Under the pieces are notes generated by a model. The model made no database searches, had not been told where the DNA came from, and saw nothing but the letters and a program-made list of their open reading frames with translations. A stretch of DNA of 64,000 bases from Macrostomum lignano. Taxonomy: Eukaryota. Shown piece by piece: positions 54,501 to 64,000 of the stretch; within the stretch, counting starts at the first letter, position 1, and each line of letters opens with the position of its first letter. A program made the translations under genes and the position numbers. The stretch lies in contig NIVC01000450.1 of assembly GCA_002269645.1 (NCBI GenBank), forward strand, positions 1 to 64,000, written 5' to 3'.

Positions 54501-57500
54501 AGAGACAGGGGCACCCACCAAGAGACAGGGGCGCCCACCAAGAGACAGGGGCGCCCACCAAGAGACAGGGGCGCCCACCAAGAGACAGGGGCGCCCACCA
54601 AGAGACAGGGGCACCCAACCAAGAGACAGGGGCGCCCACCAAGAGACAGGGGCACCCACCAAGAGATAGGGGCGCCCACCAAGAGACAGGGGCGCCCACC
54701 AAGAGACAGGGGCGCCCACCAAGAGACAGGGGCGCCCACCAAGAGACAGGGGCGCCCACCAAGAGACAGGGGCACCCACCAAGAGACAGGGGCACCCAAC
54801 CAAGAGACAGGGGCGCCCACCAAGAGACAGGGGCGCCCACCAAGAGACAGGGGCACCCACCAAGAGACAGGGGCACCCACCAAGAGACAGGGGCACCCAA
54901 CCAAGAGACAGGGGCACCCACCAAGAGACAGGGGCACCCAACCAAGAGATAGGGGCGCCCACCAAGAGACAGGGGCGCCCACCAAGAGACAGGGGCGCCC
55001 ACCAAGAGACAGGGGCACCCAACCAAGAGACAGGGGCACCCACCAAGAGACAGGGGCGCCCACCAAGAGACAGGGGCGCCCACCAAGAGACAGGGGCGCC
55101 CACCAAGAGACAGGGGCACCCACCAAGAGACAGGGGCACCCACCAAGAGACAGGAGCGCCCACCAAGAGACAGGGGCACCCACCAAGAGACAGGGGCACC
55201 CACCAAGAGACAGGGGCACCCACCAAGAGACAGGGGCGCCCACCAAGAGACAGGGGCACCCACCAAGAGACAGGGGCGCCCACCAAGAGACAGGGGCACC
55301 CACCAAGAGACAGGGGCACCCACCAAGAGACAGGGGCGCCCACCAAGAGACAGGGGCACCCACCAAGAGACAGGGGCACCCACCAAGAGACAGGGGCACC
55401 CACCAAGAGACAGGGGCGCCCACCAAGAGACAGGGGCGCCCACCAAGAGACAGGGGCACCCACCAAGAGACAGGGGCGCCCACCAAGAGACAGGGCACCC
55501 ACCAAGAGACACCCAACCAAGAGACTGGGGCGCCCACCAAGACACAGGGGCGCCCACCAAGAGACAGGGGCACCCAACCAAGTGACAGGGGCACCCAACC
55601 AAGAGACAGGGGCGCCCACCAAGAGACAGGGGCACCCACCAAGAGACAAGGGCACCCACCAAGAGACAGGGGCGCCCACCAAGAGACAGGGGCACCCACC
55701 AAGAGACAGGGGCACCCACCAAGAGACAGGGGCGCCCACCAAGAGACAGGGGCACCCACCAAGAGACAGGGGCACCCACCAAGAGACAAGGGCACCCACC
55801 AAGAGACAGGGGCGCCCACCAAGAGACAGGGGCACCCAACCAAGAGACTGGGGCGCCCACCAAGACACAGGGGCGCCCACCAAGAGACAGGGGCACCCAA
55901 CCAAGTGACAGGGGCACCCAACCAAGAGACAGGGGCACCCACCAAGAGACAGGGGCACCCACCAAGAGACAAGGGCACCCACCAAGAGACAGGGGCGCCC
56001 ACCAAGAGACAGGGGCGCCCACCAAGAGACAGGGGCACCCACCAAGAGACAGGGGCACCCACCAAGAGACAGGGGCACCCACCAAGAGACAAGGGCACCC
56101 ACCAAGAGACAGGGGCGCCCACCAAGAGACAGGGGCGCCCACCAAGAGACAGGGGCGCCCACCAAGAGACAGGGGCGCCCACCAAGAGGCAGGGGCACCC
56201 ACCAAGAGACAGGGGCACCCAACCAAGAGACAGGGGCACCCACCAAGAGACAGGGGCACCCAACCAAGAGACAGGGGCGCCCACCAAGAGACAGGGGCGC
56301 CCACCAAGAGACAGGGGCGCCCACCAAGAGACAGGGGCGCCCACCAAGAGACAGGGGCGCCCACCAAGAGACAGGGGCGCCCACCAAGAGACAGGGGCAC
56401 CCAACCAACAGACAGGGGCGCCCACCAAGAGACAGGGGCACCCACCAAGAGATAGGGGCGCCCACCAAGAGACAGGGGCGCCCACCAAGAGACAGGGGCG
56501 CCCACCAAGAGACAGGGGCGCCCACCAAGAGACAGGGGCGCCCACCAAGAGACAGGGGCACCCACCAAGAGACAGGGGCACCCAACCAAGAGACAGGGGC
56601 GCCCACCAAGAGACAGGGGCACCCACCAAGAGACAGGGGCACCCAACCAAGAGACAGGGGCGCCCACCAAGAGACAGGGGCGCCCACCAAGAGACAGGGG
56701 CACCCACCAAGAGACAGGGGCGCCCACCAAGAGACAGGGGCACCCACCAAGAGACAGGGGCACCCAACCAAGAGACAGGGGCGCCCACCAAGAGACAGGG
56801 GCACCCAACCAAGAGACAGGGGCGCCCACCAAGAGACAGGGGCACCAGGGTGCCCACAGCGAAACTGCGAAAATGTATTAATCTAAGGGCCTGCAGATGC
56901 ACATGATCTCTAATTTTTTCGATGCGTTGTGCTTTCAGGTAAATTTTTAAACCGAAAATTCAGAGTATTCTTCCTATTTCGAAAAATATATCTTTAACAT
57001 GCAGAATTTTGCGTGTGAAACTGAAAGTGTTGTCCTTGAGAAAGTTCTTCACGAAAGCACGCAGTGCTGATTTAAGTTCATTACTGGAGTCTCATAACTT
57101 TGATTAAGTTAATAGACAGAACGAAATTTAAAAGAAGATAGAAATGCTAAAAAGTTCAGCGAGAAATTCTAAAGAATATTTGGTGATAGTGTGTTTAAGT
57201 TAACTTATTTTATGAAAGTACACATGTCTTAAGGGTGCACTATGCATTATAATCCCCTTGTAACTCCGTAGTCACTCTGTTCTCTCACTCTTCATTGCCA
57301 CTCTCCATTGTCACTCTCCATTGTCACTCTCCATTGCCACTCTTCATTGTCACTCTCCATTGCCACTCTCCATTGCCACTCTCCTTTGTCACTCTCTATT
57401 GCCACTCTCCATTGCCACTCTCCTTTGTCGCTCTCCATTGTCACTCTCTATTGTCACTCTCCATTGTCACTCTCTATTGTCACTCTCCATTTTCATTCTC

Positions 57501-60500
57501 CATTGCCACTTTCCATTGCCACTCTCCATTGTCACTCTCCATTGCCACTTTCCATTGTCACTCTCCATTGCCACTCTCCATTGTCACTCTCCATTGTCAC
57601 TCTCCATTGTCACTCGCCATTGCCACTCTCCATTGTCACTCTCCATTGTCACTCTCCATTGTCACTCTCTATTGCCACTCTCCATTGCCACTCTCCTTTT
57701 TCACTCTCCATTGCCACTTTCCATTGTCATTCTCCATTGCCACTTTCCATTGTCACTCTCCATTTTCACTCTCCATTGTCACTCTCCATTGTCACTCTCC
57801 ATTGTTACTCTCCATTTTCACTCTCCATTGTCACTTCCGGTTGTCATTCCTCTCCATTGTCACTCTCCATTGTCACTCCTTTGTCACTCCGTTCTCTTAC
57901 TTTATTTCACTCCCTCTGGCACTCGGTTGTTTGTCACTCCCAGCGTCACTCTATCATCCCTTTATTCTCAAGTTGGTCTCAACTCTATTCAACTCACCCC
58001 ACCCGACCCCAGGACTACACCATAACGATGTACCTCAACCAGTACTGGACCGACAGACGACTCGCTTTCGACGTGAAGAATCCCAACAAGTCGATGACTC
58101 TGACAGGCGAGTTCGCCAGCAGGATCTGGGTGCCCGACACTTTTCTCGCCAACGACAAGCATTCGTTTCTTCACGACGTGACCGAGCAGAACAAGATGGT
58201 CCGGTTGTATGGAGATGGCAGGATAATCTACGGGATGAGGTGAGATTGAGACCGGTAGGGCTGTACAATCTATGTGCAAAAATCGATAAATAATGAAAAT
58301 GGCACTAATAGAAGAATTGATTTTTCAATAATTATCAACTTTTAAACTTTGATTTCAGATTCACCACCACTTTGGCCTGTATGATGGATCTGCACTATTA
58401 CCCGCTGGATGTGCAGAATTGCACTGTGGAGATTGAAAGCTGTGAGTTAGGTCGAATAATCCTATAAATTATAATCCCCATACTCAAATAACACCTATAT
58501 AAAATATCCCCTGCATCAAATATCCCCTACATCAAATATCCCCTACATCAAATATCCCCTACATCAAATATCCCCTGCATCAAATATCCCCTACATCAAA
58601 TATCCCCTACATCAAATATCCCCTGCATCAAATATCCCCTACATCAAATATCCCCTAAATCAAATATCCCCTAATCAAATATCCCCTAACATCAAACATC
58701 CCCTAAATCAAATATCCCCTAACATCAATGTCCCCTACATCAAATATCCTTACATAAAACATCCCCTACATCAAATATCCCCTAAGTAAAATATCCCCTA
58801 CATCAAATATCCCCCTAAGTAAAATATCCCCTACATCTAATATACCCGACACTAAATTTCCCCAACATTGAAACTCCCCACCCGCAGACGGCTACCCCAC
58901 AGAGGACGTTACGATGCAGTGGAAAAACGGGCAGTCTGCAGTTGATGGGGCTGACAGAGTGAAAATGCCGCAATTCACTTTGGAACATTTCGAAGTCGGC
59001 ACAACAACCATCTCTTTGTCAACGGGTGAGCGCCAACCATTCTAAAAATAGATCAACCCAGTATTATGGAACATTTTGGTCAATTAGCAGTAAAAAAAAA
59101 CTGCCTTTGGGGTCATGCAAGAGGAAGTACTTGAGTCTAGTTGATTTATTAATCAGCAGCCAAAATGACTCCCTGAATTGGGGAAGTTTGTGTTCTATAA
59201 TTAGAGATCCAGTTCCCCCTGACAACCAGTTCCATATATGGCCTCCAATTTCAGGTGCCTACCAGCGATTGTCGCTGGTGTTCCGACTGCGCAGGAATGT
59301 TGGCTTCTTTGTGTTTCAAACCTACCTGCCCTCCATACTCATTGTCATGCTGTCCTGGGTGTCCTTTTGGATCAACCACGAGGCAACATCCGCCAGGGTT
59401 GCTCTGGGTGAGCTGTCAATTATCTGACGTCCTCATTGTCAATCTGTCATCCTGAATATCGATCTGACATCCTCATAATCAATCTGACATCCTCATTGTC
59501 AATCTGTCATTCTGAATATCGATCTGACATCCTCATTATCAATCTGACATCCTCATTATCAATCTGACATCCTCATAATCAATCTGACATCCTCATAATC
59601 AATCTGACATCTTCATTGTCAATCTGTCATCCTGAATATCGATCTGACATCCTCATTATCAATCTGACATCCTCATTATCAATCTGACATCCTCATAATC
59701 AATCTGACATCTTCATTATCAATCTGTCATTCTGAATATCGATCTGACATCCTCATAATCAATCTGACATCCTCATTATCAATCTGTCATTCTGAATATC
59801 GATCTGACATCCTCATAATCAATCTGACATCCTCATTATCAATCTGTCATTCTGAATATCGATCTGACATCCTCATTATCAATCTGACATCCTCATTATC
59901 AATCTGTCATTCTGAATATCGATCTGACATCCTCATAATCAATCTGACATCCTCATTATCAATCTGACTTTCTCATTAGCCATCTGACATCCTCATTATC
60001 AATCTGACATCCTCATTGGCAATCTGACACATCCTCTCATTATCAATCTGACATCCTCATTATCAATCTGACGTCCTCATTATCAGTTGAAATCTTCATT
60101 ATCAATCAGACATTCTCAATATGTACATCAATATGACATTCTGATTAAGCTATCTTATTCCAAAATATCTCAATAAAGCATCTTACCTGAACCGCCACCG
60201 CTCAGGCATCACAACCGTGCTCACCATGACAACCATAAGCACCGGCGTGAGATCCTCGCTACCTCGCATAAGCTACGTGAAAGCTATAGACATCTACCTG
60301 GTCATGTGCTTTGTGTTCGTGTTCGCCGCGTTGCTCGAGTACGCCATGGTCAACTACACCTACTGGGGCGCCAGGGCCAAGCGGAAGGCCAAACGATTGA
60401 AAGATGGAGAAGAGAATCTGGCAAATACCAGCTTTATGGATAATTCGGTAACTACATGTATTTTTTTCACTTCTATAACCATCATTGATAGCAATTACTG

Positions 60501-61233
60501 ATCACTGATAAGGCACTGATAGCAGTCATTGATAACAGTCACTGATAACAGTCACTGATAGCAGTCATTGATGATTTTGACCTGCCTGTATCACACCGCA
60601 CCGCAGTACTTCGCGGGCAATTTCGACCGAGCAGCACCGCCTCAGCACCGATTGTCTCCCATTATTGGGATTCGAGCGAGTGGTCTGCGCCAGCAGCAGC
60701 TCAATGATACTTCAGCAGTAGAATCTGGAGCAGCAGCATCAGCAAACGCTTCTGAAGGCGAACCAACCGGACATTCTTCAGACGATAACGGAGTTGAATC
60801 TGCAGCCGACCCGCCCGCTCAGGTGTACCCCAGACAGCCGCCAGCAATCCCCATGTACCCACCAATGAGTCCCCACCTGCCGTATATCAGCCGGCCCAGT
60901 TACCTGTTCGGAAGCAGTTATCACCATCACGGATTCCGGTCCCAGCTGCGTCACAGGCGTCATCACCAATCGTCAGCTGGCAACCACCTGCACCAGCAGC
61001 AGGCACAGATGTACAGCTTGAACTCACAAAGCCATCACTGCTCCAGCTATCAGCAGGCTAAACGACGCTACCGTCTAATGAGCAACATTCGACAGAGGGC
61101 CAAACATATTCGCAATCAAATACCAAGGATCAAGGATGTGAACAAGATTGACAAATATTCAAGGCTGGCTTTTCCGTCGCTGTTTGTACTTTTCAATTTG
61201 TGCTACTGGTGCTTTTACTTGCTGACTGGCTGA
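48528..61233 (+). CDS. Lcch3: Cys-loop GABA receptor subunit, LCCH3/GABA-A beta-like, 580 aa. Exons 48528-48732, 50974-51041, 58013-58239, 58359-58441, 58888-59025, 59255-59407, 60206-60447, 60607-61233
   Basis: Signal peptide, [43 protein letters not shown], Cys loop [15 protein letters not shown], and M1-M3 [62 protein letters not shown]4 follows IDKYSR. All GT-AG phases are compatible (1743 nt in total). Confidence 0.93.
48850..50600 (+). repeat. 22-bp intronic minisatellite (aaagagtggacaccctgttatc), roughly 80 copies
   Basis: Direct tandem repeats in intron 1. Confidence 0.93.
51135..52351 (+). repeat. 44-bp intronic minisatellite with internal hairpin (aagctagatAATCTCAccccTGAGATTcgtgtctatacaaatct), about 27 copies
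   Basis: Unit starts at 51183 and 51227; each unit contains a 7-bp perfect inverted repeat. Confidence 0.93.
53064..53195 (+). repeat. (GTCCA)n microsatellite, about 26 units
   Basis: Pure pentanucleotide run. Confidence 0.95.
53200..56845 (+). repeat. 20-bp minisatellite family (ggggc[a/g]cccaccaagagaca), about 3.6 kb, intronic
   Basis: Same family as 6304-7740. It generates the >1000-aa shadow ORFs. Confidence 0.96.
57295..57890 (+). repeat. Short-unit satellite (ccattgtcactct, about 13 bp)
   Basis: Degenerate tandem repeats just upstream of exon 3. Confidence 0.85.
58500..58850 (+). repeat. 16-bp intronic minisatellite (atcaaatatcccctac)
   Basis: Unit starts at 58515, 58531 and 58547. 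Confidence 0.88.
59420..60100 (+). repeat. 20-bp intronic minisatellite (aatctgacatcctcattatc)
   Basis: It fills most of the intron between the M1 exon and the M2-M3 exon. Confidence 0.9.
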
Positions 61234-61304
61234 CTGACTGCATGTACTTGTACTAGACTTTTGAATTATGAAATAATGCCATGCTATGCATATGGTAAGG
61301 CGCC

Positions 61305-61790
61305 TAAATGGGATCTTATATGGTGGGACTAAAATTGGATCTTAAAGTGGAACTAAAATGGGATTTTAAAGTGGAATTAAAATGGGATCTTGCAATGAGA
61401 CTAAAATGGGATCTTACACTGGGACTAAAATGGGATCTTACAGTGGGACTAAAATGGGATCTTACAGTGGGATTAAAATGGGATCTTACAGTGGGACTAA
61501 AATGGGATCTTAAAGTGGAACTGAAATGGGATTTTAAAGTGGAAATAATATGGGATCTTAAACTGAGACAAAATTGGAATCTTAGAGTGGGACTAAAATG
61601 GGATCTTAAACTGAGACTAAAATGGGATCTTAAACTGATCAGACTAAAATGGAATCTTAAACTGATCAGACTAAAATGGGATCTTAAACTGGGACTAAAA
61701 TGAGATCTTAAACTGATCAGACTAAAATGGGATCTTAAACTGGGACTAAAATGGGATCTTAAACTGAGACTTAACTGCGATCTTAAAGTG
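61305..61790 (+). repeat. 24-bp minisatellite (ctaaaatgggatcttacagtggga) downstream of the stop codon
   Basis: Degenerate tandem repeats starting about 70 nt after the stop. Confidence 0.85.
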
Positions 61791-62479
61791 GCATTACAAT
61801 CTATTATTATTTTATAACATGTCCTTGGACCCCAAACGAGCTTGGCAATGTTTTGCAACAAAATCAATCAATCATACAAGCGCGTAATTTACGAATAATG
61901 TGTCGCAAAATTTAGTGTTAATAATTAAAACATGTTAATTCCGTAGCTACATTTTTTTCTATCTGATCAGTCTCTTGAACTCATCTGGCACATGAAATGT
62001 ACATACATGCCCATTGCTCCATTCAGTTAATTCAGCATGCAGTTAATGGTTTAAGTATGTTATATAATGCGATTTTACAAAACTTTGGCTCTGTCTGCAG
62101 AAAACTTGATTTACGATTTTTAAAAAAATCATTTAAAAGTCATGTACTACTGTATCAAGCAAATGCGCAAACACACTACTAAACTGCAGTTTGCTAAATA
62201 AGTAGAACAGCTTGTGTGCGATGTAATAAAACGAACGCCACAGTTGAATAAAAAGCATGACTAAAAATACAAAGTACACCTAGAATGTTCATGCTCAAAT
62301 AATATATTTTACTCACGGATGGATAATAGTAGTGCATGCTTGCTTTCATGTACATGTACATGTATTTTTTGGCTTTAATTTATAATTTACACGTTACTCG
62401 TAACACAAAAGGTCAAGCACAAACTACCCAAAGTGCCTGACGAGTATACAAGCGACACTTAAGGCTGAGACCCCACAGA

Positions 62480-63500
62480 CATCTGACGGGTACCACTGAC
62501 ATTTGAATCCAATGCCTAACAGGAACCACTGATATCTGACACCAAATGCCTAACAGGTACCACTGATATCTGACACCCAATGTCTGACAGGTACCACTGA
62601 TATCTGACACCCAATGCCTGACAGGTACCACTGATATCTGACACCCAATGCCTGACAGGTACCACTGATATCTGACACCAAATGCCTGACAGGTACCACT
62701 GATATCTGACACCCAATGCCTGACAGGTACCACTGATATCTGACACCCAATGCCTGACAGGTACCACTGATATCTGACACCCACTGTCTGACAGGTACCA
62801 CTGATATCTGACACCCAATGCCTGACAGGTACCACTGATATCTGACACTAATGTCTGACAGGTACCACTGATATCTGACACCCAATGTCTGACAGGTACC
62901 ACTGATATCTGACACCCAATGTCTGACAGGTACCACTGATATCTGACACCCAATGTCTGACAGGTACCACTGATATCTGACACCCAATGTCTGACAGGTA
63001 CCACTGATATCTGACACCCAATGTCTGACAGGTACCACTGAAATCTGACACTAATGTCTGACAGGTACCACTGAAATCTGACATCAATGTCTGACAGGTA
63101 CCACTGATATCTGACACTAATGTCTGACAGGTACCACTGATATCTGACACCCAATGTCTGACAGGTACCACTGATATCTGACACCCAATGTCTGACAGGT
63201 ACCACTGAAATCTGACATCAATGTCTGACAGGTACCACTGATATCTGACACTAATGTCTGACAGGTACCACTGATATCTGACACCCAATGTCTGACAGGT
63301 ACCACTGATATCTGACACCAATGTCTGACAGGTACCACTGATATCTGACACCAATGTCTGACAGGTACCACTGATATCTGACACCAATGTCTGACAGGTA
63401 CCACTGAAATCTGACACTAATGTCTGACAGGTACCACTGAAATCTGACATCAATGTCTGACAGGTACCACTGATATCTGACACCAATGTCTGACAGTACC
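62480..63500 (+). repeat. 33-34-bp minisatellite (acaggtaccactgatatctgacacccaatgtctg), about 30 copies
   Basis: Direct tandem repeats. Confidence 0.92.
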
Positions 63501-64000
63501 ACTAAGATTTGTTGCAAAAAATAAGCAAGGCATCAATCAAGCAAGTAAAAAAATATTTTTTGAAACATTTTTTTCAATCCAAAAAGTCAACCAGAACCAG
63601 TTCACGCTAAAGTTCGGTTTTAAGCAACCGTCAGCGCGAGAAGTTCGTACCAGCTGATTGGCTTCTCAAACTTTAAACCGGGCGTAACTGGGGTTTTTTT
63701 ATTATCCTCAAACTTGACTGTCAAAAAACAAAGAATGAGTTTATTTTATTTAATATGTTTATAGTGTTGTATAATTGATGTTCAACAGACTTCTTATAAA
63801 TAGACATTAAATACAATTAAATAGTTTAGCATTCGAAACCAGAAAGATGGTACCATTAGTTTTTGAGTCTTCTCAAGCCGCTTCATTGATTTATGATTTA
63901 TTAAAGTTTGACAATATATACCCGCTTATAATTGCGTGTGATAAACATGGGCATATGAATACATAATAACAATAAAGGACTGGGTGCGTTATAACAAATG

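Overview
Eukaryotic, intron-rich and extremely minisatellite-rich DNA from an invertebrate. The repeat style and gene content suggest a free-living flatworm of the Macrostomum type, but that is inference only. Four host gene models are supported. (1) A minus-strand gene (4645 to ~446, probably continuing left of the window) encodes 29 near-identical 33-aa ankyrin-like repeats whose variation is concentrated at surface positions. These are followed by canonical ankyrin repeats and a Mab-21/cGAS-like nucleotidyltransferase motif (TGSYAEG...DSDID) that only appears after repairing four 1-nt deletions. (2) A secreted 300-aa protein with six 4-5-Cys modules resembling fibronectin type I is present as two paralogues (16340-18472 and 43115-45342). 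(3) A compact RING-less TRAF-like gene (22729-21989). (4) An 8-exon Cys-loop GABA receptor subunit of the LCCH3/beta type (48528-61233). Mobile DNA comprises two copies of one Ty3/Gypsy element nested in the 3' end of an internally deleted LINE, and a second, apparently intact Gypsy element with identical LTRs inside a 27-bp satellite. About 13-14 kb is duplicated (7835-20620 vs 33488-47885), with a near-identical core and diverged edges. Most long ORFs in the supplied track are shadows of tandem repeats. No rRNA, tRNA or CRISPR array was found. The best candidate for an undescribed system is the variable-repeat ankyrin sensor fused to a cGAS-like enzyme.
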